Assembly (NCBI GenBank): GCA_045120555.1
Contig: JBGVEZ010000153.1
Location: 1 to 40,803, forward strand
Direction: 5' to 3'
Source: Eubacteriales bacterium
GTDB lineage: Bacteria > Bacillota > Clostridia > Oscillospirales > CAG-272
Length of the DNA: 40,803 bases
Of the stretch, positions 18,241 to 28,300 are shown piece by piece (the stretch's first letter is position 1; the number at the start of each line of letters is the position of its first letter). The position numbers were made by a program, and so were the translations under genes. Below the pieces are notes generated by a model. That model did not search any database. It saw nothing but the letters and a program-made list of their open reading frames with translations, and had not been told where the DNA came from.

Positions 18241-19611
18241 TTAAAGCATCACGGTTACTGTCGTTCCGATATTCGGCTCGGATTCAAACGCAAGCGTTGC
18301 GCCGTGCGCATCGGCGATCTGCTTACAGAGTGCGAGCCCGAGGCCGGTTCCACCGTTTTTGCGATTTCGTGATTTGTCCGTTCTGTAGAACGGTTCACAA
18401 ACGTGGGCGAGCTGATCGTCGGTCATGCCCTTTCCGTTGTCCTTGACGGTAAATACCTGCTTTCCCGCCTTTATTTTAAACGAAAGCTCGACGCTGCCGC
18501 CATTGTCGCACGCTTTGATAGCATTGAAGCAGAGGTTACAGAGGAGAATATCGAGAAGGACGGCTTCCGCTTCGATATACGCGTTATCGACGTCGGACGT
18601 TGCGGTGAAGGTAACACCCTTTCGTACGGCATCTGTCTTAACGGTGCCTTCAACCTGCGAGATAACGTCAGAGACGCGGAGGCGTTCCTTTTTTATGCTT
18701 GTATTGCGGATAACGGCGATATCGAGGAAGGTTTCGGAGATCGAAAGCAGACGCTCGGTCTGTGAGATAATATATTCCGCCGACTCCTGCTGTTCGTCCT
18801 CGGAGAGGGGAGCCATTGTCATATATTCGGCATAGCCTCGGATGGAGGTCAGCGGGGTACGGAGCTCGTGAGCGAGGTTATCTATAAGCATCTGCTTTTG
18901 CTCGTTTGCCGCCGTAAGCTCATCTATTTGGGAATTTATTGTGTCCAGCATTAAATTAAAGCTTTTTCCAAGTGCAGAAAATTCATCGTTTCCCTTCTCA
19001 CTTGCGCGCGAGGAATACTTGCCCTCAGAGATATCAACCGTAACCAGACGGAGCTTTTCGAGGGGTAAGGAGATTCTTTTGAGCATCAGATAAAGCATCA
19101 CGGCGAGGAAGACCGAAACGCCGACGTATATTGCAATAAAGCTTACGGTCATATCAAAGAAATTGCCGTCAAGCTCGGAGATATCCTTTCCGTAGACGAG
19201 AGTAATTCTGCCGTTTTGCAGGGAATGGACTATCACTATATGGCGTTTCCCGGCGATATTAAGATGCTTTGGAACGTTTTCCTGCGGTAGGTTAACGAGC
19301 CTCGGGAAGCGTTCGGCAACGTAAGTGCCGTCAAGCATAACGGAAAGCTCGGCGCCATGGCTTTCGGAATAAAGCTCAACGTACTGACGGCAGACGGTTG
19401 GAATCTCGCTGTCAGAGATTCCCTCAAACTCAAGCTCGAGAGTTTTTTTGATGTACGCCGCCTCGGTGATGCAGTTTTTTTCTGTGCCTTCAACCGTTTC
19501 GCCATAAGAATAATCTGCAATGGCGAAAACGCAGATTCCGAGAACGGCAAGGAAGAGAATGAGGGTCACGAGATATGCCTTTTGCCAGAAGCTGAAATGA
19601 TCGCCGTTCAT
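18241..19611 (-). CDS. Sensor histidine kinase (two TM segments, HAMP, HisKA, HATPase_c)
   Basis: H-box LAHELRTPLTSIRGY, N-box NLCFNAIKA, and G-boxes DNGKGM and GGTGLGLALCKQI. The start ATG overlaps the response-regulator stop (ATGA at 19608-19611). Confidence 0.9.
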   Translation of the reverse strand: MNGDHFSFWQKAYLVTLILFLAVLGICVFAIADYSYGETVEGTEKNCITEAAYIKKTLELEFEGISDSEIPTVCRQYVELYSESHGAELSVMLDGTYVAERFPRLVNLPQENVPKHLNIAGKRHIVIVHSLQNGRITLVYGKDISELDGNFFDMTVSFIAIYVGVSVFLAVMLYLMLKRISLPLEKLRLVTVDISEGKYSSRASEKGNDEFSALGKSFNLMLDTINSQIDELTAANEQKQMLIDNLAHELRTPLTSIRGYAEYMTMAPLSEDEQQESAEYIISQTERLLSISETFLDIAVIRNTSIKKERLRVSDVISQVEGTVKTDAVRKGVTFTATSDVDNAYIEAEAVLLDILLCNLCFNAIKACDNGGSVELSFKIKAGKQVFTVKDNGKGMTDDQLAHVCEPFYRTDKSRNRKNGGTGLGLALCKQIADAHGATLAFESEPNIGTTVTVML

Positions 19612-20273
19612 TTTATCACTTCCGCATGATCCAATTCGAAGCGGTAGCCTGTTTTGAAAACGGTTTTTATGCGTCCGTCAATATTCAACTTTTTGCGCAG
19701 GTTTCTTATATGAACGTCCACCGTTCTTTCGTCGCCCTCAAAATCGAATCCCCAGACGTGTGTGATCAGTTTATCTCGGGAGAGGGCGAGGTTTCGGTTT
19801 ATAATGAGTATCTCAAGCAACTCGAATTCCTTCGGCGAGAGCATTACTTCTTCATTATCAAGGTAGGCGCGCCTTGCAGAGAAATCAATTCTAACGTTAT
19901 CAAAGGCAATCGATGAGGTATTCTTCTTAACTCGGCGCAAAACTGCCTCAACTCTTGCGATAAGCTCAAGTATTTCAAACGGCTTTACGATGTAATCGTC
20001 CGCGAGCTTAAGGCCGCGAACCTTATCGGCAAGACCGGATTTAGCAGTGAGGAAGATGATCGGAGTATTTTCAACCTCAGCGGCAAACTCAAAGCCGTCC
20101 TTTTCGGGAAGCATGATATCGAGAATGATCAGGTCGAATTTTCCTTCGTCAAATATTTCGGATGCCTCGGCACCGTCAAATGCCTGAGTGCAGGAGTGTC
20201 CTATTCTCGTAAGGCTTTTTTTCACAAGGTCATTTATGGGCTGCTCGTCTTCAACTATAAGTATTTCTGCCAT
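19608..20273 (-). CDS. OmpR-family response regulator
   Basis: MAEILIVEDEQ.., DLIILDIMLPEKDG (the phospho-acceptor Asp region), and a C-terminal winged helix ..RTVDVHIRNLRKKL..TVFKTGYRFE. The start was set at the ATG at 20273, after GAAGGAGG. Confidence 0.9.
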   Translation of the reverse strand: MAEILIVEDEQPINDLVKKSLTRIGHSCTQAFDGAEASEIFDEGKFDLIILDIMLPEKDGFEFAAEVENTPIIFLTAKSGLADKVRGLKLADDYIVKPFEILELIARVEAVLRRVKKNTSSIAFDNVRIDFSARRAYLDNEEVMLSPKEFELLEILIINRNLALSRDKLITHVWGFDFEGDERTVDVHIRNLRKKLNIDGRIKTVFKTGYRFELDHAEVIK

Positions 20274-20355
20274 AACAGTACCTCCTTCGTTGACTATATT
20301 ATACACGCAACATATTATGCTTTTATTAAGGAAAAGGTAATTTTTGATTTTTTGC

Positions 20356-20385
20356 AAAAAAATTCCGCAGGTAAAACCTGCGGAA
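20356..20385 (-). terminator. Rho-independent terminator after the 66-aa ORF
   Basis: - strand RNA: UUCCGCAGG-uuuua-CCUGCGGAA followed directly by UUUUUUU. Confidence 0.8.
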
Positions 20386-20393
20386 AGCTTTAT

Positions 20394-20594
20394 TTACTGC
20401 TCCTTGACGTCCTTTTTCAGCGACAGCACCGAAAACACGGCAACGCCCGAAATAAGGATAACGAGAAGCGAGATAGCCAGATTATATAGATCTGTTCGCG
20501 AGAGTGACGGATAAACCGCATAAACGGTCACCGCTATTACGATCACCGCAATAAGCGGGATCACCACCGACAAAAGCGCAGCTATTCTTTTCAC
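20394..20594 (-). CDS. 66-aa two-TM membrane protein (hypothetical), monocistronic
   Basis: GTG at 20594 preceded by AAAGGAG with a 7-nt spacing. The translation is VKRIAALLSVVIPLIAVIVIAVTVYAVYPSLSRTDLYNLAISLLVILISGVAVFSVLSLKKDVKEQ. It is flanked by its own consensus promoter and terminator. Confidence 0.55.
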   Translation of the reverse strand: MKRIAALLSVVIPLIAVIVIAVTVYAVYPSLSRTDLYNLAISLLVILISGVAVFSVLSLKKDVKEQ

Positions 20595-20671
20595 AGCCCT
20601 GCTCCTTTCAAAAGCTCCAAAAACGTTATAAATATAAATCAAGTTAAATAATTCTTAATCTTTACACTTAT

Positions 20672-20700
20672 ATTATACCATATTTTTTCGTCTTTGTCAA
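20672..20700 (-). promoter_or_regulatory. Consensus extended -10 sigma-A promoter (66-aa ORF)
   Basis: - strand: TTGACA (20700-20695), an exact 17-nt spacer ending in TGG, then TATAAT (20677-20672). Confidence 0.7.
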
Positions 20701-20760
20701 CAGTTTTTTAAAAATATTCAGATATTTTCAAAAAGAAATCATATAAGATATAAACAAGGC

Positions 20761-21990
20761 TTACTTTTTATGTAATTTTATTGAATCAAAATACGCCTTA
20801 GCCGCCTGCTCGTGCTTATTGTCGCCGTAGGTGTAGTATTTCTTGTTCTTAAGTCTGTCGGGGAGGTACTGCTGCTCGACGTAATGGTTTTCGTAATCGT
20901 GCGGATACTTATAGCCGTCGTAAAGCGGGCTTTGGATATGCTTCGGTGGCGGATAGACGTGGCCGTCCTTGATGTCCTGCATTGCGGCGTCGAGCGCAAG
21001 ATATGCGGAATTTGATTTCGGGGAGGTTGCAAGAAGCACAGCCGCCTCCGCAAGCGGGATTCGCGCCTCGGGAAGACCGAGCTCGGTTGCGGAATGGCAG
21101 AGCGAATAGACGATCGGAGCCGCCATCGGGTATGCAAGTCCGATGTCCTCGGAGCATATGACGAGAAGTCTGCGGATCGCGGATAGAATATCGCCACTGT
21201 CGAGAATGCGCGCAAGGTAGTATACGGCGGCGTCGGGATCGCTTCCGCGGATCGATTTCTGAAGTCCCGAAAGAAGGTCGAAATGTGTATCGTCGTTGTA
21301 ATTCGATATATCGGGAATAAGCAAAGAAAGCACTTCCTCGGTTATCTCGCCGTCGATTGCGGCAAAATAAGCGTTTTCTATCGCGGTTATACCTCTGCGG
21401 ACGTCACCCGAGCAAGCAACGGCAAGCTTTTTAAGCAGCTCGTCGGAGACGGTAACGCTTCCTTTTTCGCCTTCCTCGTTCATCACGGAAAGAGCGTAAC
21501 GAAGGCGTGGTATCATCTCGTCGGGCGTTACCTGCTTGAATTCAAAGAGCGCGGAACGGGAAATGACCGCATTATAGATATACATATGCGGATTCTCGGT
21601 GGTTGATGCGATGAGAGTTACTCTGCCGTCCTCGATATACTGCAATATCGTCTGCTGCTGACGGCGGTTGAAGTACTGTATCTCGTCGATATAGAGAAGC
21701 ACGCCCGCCGCACCGAAAAGCCCGTCCGCCGCAGATATCGCCTCACGGACGTCCTGCGTGCTTGCGGAGGTAGCGTTGATATAGCGCATAGTCATGCCTG
21801 ATTCGTTGGCGATGACGTTTGCGGCTGTCGTTTTACCCGTACCGGGAGGGCCGTAGAAGATCATGTTTCCGATCCTGCCCGACTCGGTCATTCGTCTGAT
21901 TATTCCGTTTTTGCCGAAAAGCCTCTCCTGACCTACGATATCATCATAGGTCTTGGGGCGTATTCGTTCTGCGAGCGGGACGGTATTCAT
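20761..21990 (-). CDS. rarA: Replication-associated recombination protein A (AAA+ ATPase, MgsA/RarA)
   Basis: LAERIRPKTYDDIVGQ, Walker A GPPGTGKTT, Walker B LLYIDEIQYFN, and a C-terminal MgsA domain (..HFDLLSGLQKSIRGSDPDAAVYYLARIL..). The start is the ATG at 21990 (AAAGGAG-tgcct-ATG). Confidence 0.9.
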   Translation of the reverse strand: MNTVPLAERIRPKTYDDIVGQERLFGKNGIIRRMTESGRIGNMIFYGPPGTGKTTAANVIANESGMTMRYINATSASTQDVREAISAADGLFGAAGVLLYIDEIQYFNRRQQQTILQYIEDGRVTLIASTTENPHMYIYNAVISRSALFEFKQVTPDEMIPRLRYALSVMNEEGEKGSVTVSDELLKKLAVACSGDVRRGITAIENAYFAAIDGEITEEVLSLLIPDISNYNDDTHFDLLSGLQKSIRGSDPDAAVYYLARILDSGDILSAIRRLLVICSEDIGLAYPMAAPIVYSLCHSATELGLPEARIPLAEAAVLLATSPKSNSAYLALDAAMQDIKDGHVYPPPKHIQSPLYDGYKYPHDYENHYVEQQYLPDRLKNKKYYTYGDNKHEQAAKAYFDSIKLHKK

Positions 21991-22007
21991 AGGCACTCCT
22001 TTAGTGA

Positions 22008-23291
<1,284 letters not shown>

Positions 23292-23318
23292 TTACTGTTC
23301 CTTTTTTATTATATATGA

Positions 23319-23855
23319 TTACTTTGTCTGACCGTATTTTTCGTTATACGCGTCGATCGTTTCCTGAATGATTGCGATTGCCTTATCGGGGCCGTAAAGA
23401 TTTCTTATATCGGTCTCTTTTCTTTCAAGCTGCTTGTAGACCTTGAAGAAGTGGAGCATTTCATCGAAGATGTGGGGGGGAAGATCGTCGATGTGCTTTA
23501 TGGTGTTGTAGTTGGGGTCGAGGAAGGGGACAGCAATGATCTTATCATCCATTCTGCCGCCGTCAAGCATTCTCATAACACCGATGGGATACACCTGAAC
23601 GAGAGTGAGCGGGCTTATCGGCTCTGCGCAGATAACGAGAACGTCCAGTGGGTCGCCGTCATCGGCGTAGGTGCGCGGAATGAAGCCGTAGTTTGCGGGA
23701 TAATGTGTTGAGGTATAGAGAACTCGGTCAAGGCGGAGAAGACCCGTATCCTTGTCAAGCTCATACTTGTTCTTGCTTCCCTTCGGGATTTCGATTACAG
23801 CGGAAAAATTGTCGGGTTTGATAAATTCGGGAGACATGTCGTGCCAAATGTTCAT
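23319..23855 (-). CDS. ppa: Inorganic pyrophosphatase, family I
   Basis: 178 aa. EIPKGSKNKYELDK...YPANYGFIP.T..DDGDPLDVLV is the canonical family I PPase active-site region. Confidence 0.95.
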   Translation of the reverse strand: MNIWHDMSPEFIKPDNFSAVIEIPKGSKNKYELDKDTGLLRLDRVLYTSTHYPANYGFIPRTYADDGDPLDVLVICAEPISPLTLVQVYPIGVMRMLDGGRMDDKIIAVPFLDPNYNTIKHIDDLPPHIFDEMLHFFKVYKQLERKETDIRNLYGPDKAIAIIQETIDAYNEKYGQTK

Positions 23856-23918
23856 GGTATAAACTCCTTTTTTATTTATTATGATTAAAACAGAACTGTT
23901 ACATTCTTTATATACCGA

Positions 23919-26273
23919 TTATTCCTCATCGGATTCATCGGTATCGATTCCGTCGAAGACCTCGACGTCCGATTCATAGCTTTTCGCCTCGCGGGAAAGG
24001 AACCGTCTTGCGGCTATCTTGCCCTTATGGAAGATCACCGCGCCCTTGATACGTTCAAACGCCTCCATCGGCGCATCCGGATAAACGTCAATAACAACAT
24101 TCCTTCCGGAATATTTTGCCATGCTGTTCAGCATTCTTACGTTAGAGGGAAGAATGTCGATGCTGTCAAGATAGACGCCATCAACGTACGAATTAGTGTA
24201 TGAGCCTGAGGTAAGCTTTGACGTACGAACGACGACAAGCTCGCTCGATCTGTCGTTTTCCGTATAATTTATTACCGCCACCCATTCAAGACGGTCCTGA
24301 CAGAGCCGCAGAAGATCCTCGGACAGCTCTTCCCTTTCCTTATCAGAAAGTCGAGAGGGGGTACAACGGGATGAGAGACGCGCCTCGCCCTTTATATCGT
24401 CTTCGCTCCAGATCCTGTCGCCGCGAATTCTTTCGGCGCCGCATTTTATAACGCACGTCTTCACCGTAGCGCGAGCTGACCTCAGCTCTTCGTCGGAAAG
24501 GATAAGAGTAAAACGGTCAAGCAGGGTTGAATAAACGCTGTATGCAAGAGCGGGCTTTTCCTCGCAAGCGGAGAGAATAAGCTCGATTCCGCGCTTCTCA
24601 TGGAGACAGAGCCTTGCCACACCCTCAATAAATCTTGCCTGCACCGTACCACCGTTATCGAGCTCGGAAATAAGGCTTAGCGCGGCAGACGGCATTTTCA
24701 GAGTAAGATAATCGTTTGCGACCGAAAGTATCTCACCGTCCGATTTGAATGCGCCGTTTATGCGCTCGCCCTCAAAGGAGCGTATCCGCAAATTCGGCTC
24801 AAGGTAAACAGCTCTTCTCACGTTACGGTAATTTCCTCTTACGCAAAGAGCGAAGGCGGTATCAAAATCGCCCGAGAAATGCTTGACCTCCTCGTTATAC
24901 GCGCCCTTCGGACGCTTCCTAAGATCAACGTTACCGTTCCTTATCGCAAGCGCAAGCCTTTGCGGATCGTAAGGGAATACGGACGGCGGATCTTCACCGA
25001 TTTTTGAAAGGCGGTCGCAGATAAGGTCGGCGTTTTGCGAAAGATAGGTAGCATATCTGCGCATAAGCCGCTTATGGTAATCGGACACGGGATGCTTTCC
25101 CTTGAAAATGGATTCGTTAAATTCACGATCAGATCCGAATTCGTGATTTCTGTATACCCATTGCTTGATCTCGGCAACAATAGCATTTTTCTCTACGTCC
25201 TCTCCGTATCTTTCCGAAAAGAGGGAGAAAAAATTACTATCCGCCGCCTTCATAAGCTCGGGCATAGATGACATTTCCGCAAGAATATACGCGTTGAACG
25301 GCGTATAGACTCTCTCAAGCGGGTTCCATGATGAGCTTGAAAAGATAATTGATCGGTTAAATGCCATAAAGCGGTTGATCGAATCAAGGCAGGGACTTTT
25401 TTGACGCATTGCCTGACAGCAGATCTCGGCGTACAGCTCCTCCTCGGTAAGCGTTGAAAGCGCACTTACTCCGATGCTTACGTTGAATTTTTTCGGTGCA
25501 ATCGGTGAAAGCACCACTCTTTCGCCCATAACGATCTTCACCTCTACGGGAGCTGCGTGAACGGTTTTCAATGCGCTTTCCGCAACAGACCATATAACGG
25601 GGGATCTTTCTTTGGTGATAGGCTTTGTGATTATATTCCCGTGAGTTCCGCCTTCGTCTGTTTTAAGGAGCAGATACTCGTCGCTTCTGCGCACCTTTTC
25701 CTTGTTCTCAGACCTTTTCATGGAAACGTAGATCGGGAAGCAGAAAAGCTTCTTTCCGAAGAAGGTCAAAAAGGTAAGCATTACGAATATAAGCGGATAA
25801 AGCACCATTCCGTTTTTAAACAGGAAAGAGAACACGGCTGACGCATACAACCAGAGGAGGTATACGGAAGAGTAGAAAACGTACTGAAGCGTGATAGTCC
25901 TGCGGACGTGGCGTATTATCTGCTTTGACGAGAGCTTTTTACCCTCTTCAGCCTCTGATTCATTCTTAACAAGGATTCTTTTGAATATGAACCGAAGCAG
26001 ATCTGAAAACACGATCAAGGCGAGAACGGTTGCCGCTGCGGCAAGCGCAGACCAAAAGAACAGCGGAGACAGCTTGGTTGTAAGCAAATTACCGTTATGG
26101 ATCACAGTGGTCAGAATGCTTTCCTTATTCAGGCTGAGAATGATCACGAGCAACACGTAGAGCATTGTTGAAGCTGCTCCTGAAAGCAGAAGCAAGATAC
26201 CTTGATACATGAAGGTATGCTCAAACTCGAATTTCTGCCACGATACGAACTCATTCCTTCTTATTTTTTTCAT
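23919..26273 (-). CDS. 784-aa hypothetical membrane protein: 4 N-terminal TM segments, a large soluble region and an acidic tail; possible degenerate M48/M56-like segment
   Basis: A long uninterrupted ORF in operon register with its neighbours. The segment ..NVSIGVSALSTLTEEELYAEICCQAMRQ.. (aa 264-291) resembles the lead-in to the HExxH helix of M48/M56 peptidases, but it reads AEICC. No convincing SD precedes the ATG at 26273, so the exact start is uncertain. Confidence 0.6.
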   Translation of the reverse strand: MKKIRRNEFVSWQKFEFEHTFMYQGILLLLSGAASTMLYVLLVIILSLNKESILTTVIHNGNLLTTKLSPLFFWSALAAAATVLALIVFSDLLRFIFKRILVKNESEAEEGKKLSSKQIIRHVRRTITLQYVFYSSVYLLWLYASAVFSFLFKNGMVLYPLIFVMLTFLTFFGKKLFCFPIYVSMKRSENKEKVRRSDEYLLLKTDEGGTHGNIITKPITKERSPVIWSVAESALKTVHAAPVEVKIVMGERVVLSPIAPKKFNVSIGVSALSTLTEEELYAEICCQAMRQKSPCLDSINRFMAFNRSIIFSSSSWNPLERVYTPFNAYILAEMSSMPELMKAADSNFFSLFSERYGEDVEKNAIVAEIKQWVYRNHEFGSDREFNESIFKGKHPVSDYHKRLMRRYATYLSQNADLICDRLSKIGEDPPSVFPYDPQRLALAIRNGNVDLRKRPKGAYNEEVKHFSGDFDTAFALCVRGNYRNVRRAVYLEPNLRIRSFEGERINGAFKSDGEILSVANDYLTLKMPSAALSLISELDNGGTVQARFIEGVARLCLHEKRGIELILSACEEKPALAYSVYSTLLDRFTLILSDEELRSARATVKTCVIKCGAERIRGDRIWSEDDIKGEARLSSRCTPSRLSDKEREELSEDLLRLCQDRLEWVAVINYTENDRSSELVVVRTSKLTSGSYTNSYVDGVYLDSIDILPSNVRMLNSMAKYSGRNVVIDVYPDAPMEAFERIKGAVIFHKGKIAARRFLSREAKSYESDVEVFDGIDTDESDEE

Positions 26274-26296
26274 CGTTTAAGCTTTGTCGCGAAAGA

Positions 26297-27160
26297 TCAG
26301 CCCTCGTCTTCAAAGAAGACGTCACCGTCGACCATACCAACGTAAACGTATGATTCATAGCCGTAATAAAATGTCGTGAATTTATATTTCAGCTTTCCGC
26401 TATTGAAAGTAATACCTTTATACTCAAAGTCGCTGACATGATCACCGTACCAGCTTTCGCTTTCCGCGTAAACAATATCCTTTGCGTCGTCAACGGAAAT
26501 ATATGAGGATTTAAAGACAACGTGTGACGTGTCGATAAGAATACCACCGCGCAGCTCCTCCGGAAGGATGTCGTCTCTCATATAGTTAACGTAATAGGCA
26601 AGGCTTTCAAGGTCTGCAGGGGACACGGAATAAGAATCGACGTAGCAGTTTTCAACATTTTGGGTGCAGTATTCCGCAAAATCGGTAGCCACGGCGATTC
26701 TTCCGAGAGAAACCTCGAATGTATTAACGCGGTTCATATCGGTTTCGTTGTAATTACCGTATGCAACTATGTGGTTGCCGGAAATGGAATCCGACGCACG
26801 ATATGCAAGCTCCGAAAGCCTTTCTGAGGGAAGCTCGTTCTTTTCTGCGCCCGTTACGGTTACCATAACAATTTCATCATTCAGCGTTTGGTAGAGGAAT
26901 GCGGCGGCATCGGCGATATCCATCCCCATTACTTTTTTTACGCTTTCCTTGATCTCGTACGATTTTCTGTTTTGTGCCTCAAGCGAAATGATCTTTCCGG
27001 ATGATGAAACGTTCATATCGAAGGAGTACGTATTACTCGAATAAGAGAAAACCGCGTACTCGGCAAAGCTTCCCTTATATATACTCAGCGTAAGGAAGCA
27101 CGCTACGACAAGCAAAAGAGCGATTGCAATCGGCAAATATTTTAAAATTATCTTTTTCAT
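26297..27160 (-). CDS. 287-aa hypothetical membrane-anchored protein (N-terminal signal-anchor; weak PepSY-like C-terminal region)
   Basis: The start was set at the ATG at 27160 (MKKIILKYLPIAIALLLVVACFL), which overlaps the upstream stop (ATGA at 27157-27160). The C-terminus reads ISVDDAKDIVYAESE...YKFTTFYYGYESYVYVGMVDGDVF. Confidence 0.6.
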   Translation of the reverse strand: MKKIILKYLPIAIALLLVVACFLTLSIYKGSFAEYAVFSYSSNTYSFDMNVSSSGKIISLEAQNRKSYEIKESVKKVMGMDIADAAAFLYQTLNDEIVMVTVTGAEKNELPSERLSELAYRASDSISGNHIVAYGNYNETDMNRVNTFEVSLGRIAVATDFAEYCTQNVENCYVDSYSVSPADLESLAYYVNYMRDDILPEELRGGILIDTSHVVFKSSYISVDDAKDIVYAESESWYGDHVSDFEYKGITFNSGKLKYKFTTFYYGYESYVYVGMVDGDVFFEDEG

Positions 27161-28143
27161 TCTCCGTATTCCTCCAGATTGCATCCATTCTTTTCAAATT
27201 CCGCGCGTATCTGCTCGTATTCCTCGTCGTCCTCGTCATCCTCGTCAGCATTTTCGTCAAGCTCCTCAGGATCGGGCTCGTAAAGCAGACTTCCGTCAGA
27301 CGTGGGAATTGCAAGGATCGCGGCAACTGCCATAACCGACATAAAGAAGAGAGCAAGCTTCATCGTATATATATCACCGAGAGTGGTGGTCTTAAGCATC
27401 AAATAAGATCCGAAGACGGGAGCAATTACCGAAAGCCTCGGGAACTTAAACAGAGCAATCGTGATAAGTCCGATGAAGATCATAATTATCGCCATGGTGG
27501 CAAGCGCACCCGGAGCGTTTGCGTCAAGGCGGTCAACAATCATTTTAAAGTCGCCAAAATCCTTTTCTTCCGCGTCCTCAACGTAATTCATGTACTTAAG
27601 ATAATCCGAATATTCTGTTTTCAAGCGCTCCATTCGGATGCAGAGGTACGCGATACCAAAGGAAATTGATGCAGAAAGCAAGGTAAGTGCAGGAATCAAA
27701 GGTGCTTTTCCCGAATTGCGTGCGTTGTTGTATCTCATAGAAGCACAGCAAAGCGCAGCGGCGAAGTAAACCGCATACACCGCAAGGAATCCGTTCGGAT
27801 AAGTTTTGATTATCTCGAAGGAGTGGACGTGCATAAAGTACACGAAAAGTCCACTGCTTGCAAAGAGGGAAACGCATGCAAAGCGTGCAGGCAGGAAGTT
27901 GAGTATACCTGCCACAAGCGAAAAGATCGCAAGCTTTATGATCGCTTTATTGGTATATGAGTTGTTGATAAACTGCTTGAGCTTGCCGTCGGTGATCTCC
28001 TCCCCGATCTGCGGCTTGAATTTCAGATATGCCGAGAGAATAATAAGTCCGAGCACTGCTACGGCAAAGAAAACAAGGCCGGACGAGATTCTGCGGAAGG
28101 CGCGTTCGGTTCGTATATTTCTGTTAAGTTCTTCCTGTTTCAT
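27157..28143 (-). CDS. 328-aa hypothetical multi-pass membrane protein with an acidic C-terminal tail
   Basis: About 8 hydrophobic segments. The tail reads EPDPEELDENADEDDEDDEEYEQ. The RBS is AAGGAAG, 6 nt before the ATG at 28143. It is the first gene downstream of a consensus promoter. Confidence 0.65.
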   Translation of the reverse strand: MKQEELNRNIRTERAFRRISSGLVFFAVAVLGLIILSAYLKFKPQIGEEITDGKLKQFINNSYTNKAIIKLAIFSLVAGILNFLPARFACVSLFASSGLFVYFMHVHSFEIIKTYPNGFLAVYAVYFAAALCCASMRYNNARNSGKAPLIPALTLLSASISFGIAYLCIRMERLKTEYSDYLKYMNYVEDAEEKDFGDFKMIVDRLDANAPGALATMAIIMIFIGLITIALFKFPRLSVIAPVFGSYLMLKTTTLGDIYTMKLALFFMSVMAVAAILAIPTSDGSLLYEPDPEELDENADEDDEDDEEYEQIRAEFEKNGCNLEEYGE

Positions 28144-28209
28144 GTTGGGCTTCCTTTTTTAGTTCTGAAATGAGGTCTGTATTTCAAATGGGCAGACTTC
28201 CCCATATAT

Positions 28210-28238
28210 ATTATACCACAAAGATGGCGTTTTGTCAA
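28210..28238 (-). promoter_or_regulatory. Consensus extended -10 sigma-A promoter (membrane module - ppa - obg - rarA operon)
   Basis: - strand: TTGACA (28238-28233), an exact 17-nt spacer ending in TGG, then TATAAT (28215-28210). Confidence 0.7.
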
Positions 28239-28248
28239 CCGTAAAAGT

Positions 28249-28286
28249 AAAAAAGGAGGACCGGCATACACAAAGTACGCCGATCC
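28249..28286 (-). terminator. Rho-independent terminator ending the alpha operon (after rplQ)
   Basis: - strand RNA: GGAUCGGCGUAC-uuugu-GUAUGCCGGUCC (12 bp, two G.U pairs), then UCCUUUUUU. Confidence 0.8.
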
Positions 28287-28300
28287 TGTTAAAACTGTAA

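Noticed and set aside
20298-20303. TATAAT hexamer upstream of the response-regulator gene as the operon promoter
   Set aside because: No acceptable -35 element exists at 16-18 nt (ATAAAA, AATAAA) and there is no TG extension. It is too weak to call from sequence alone.
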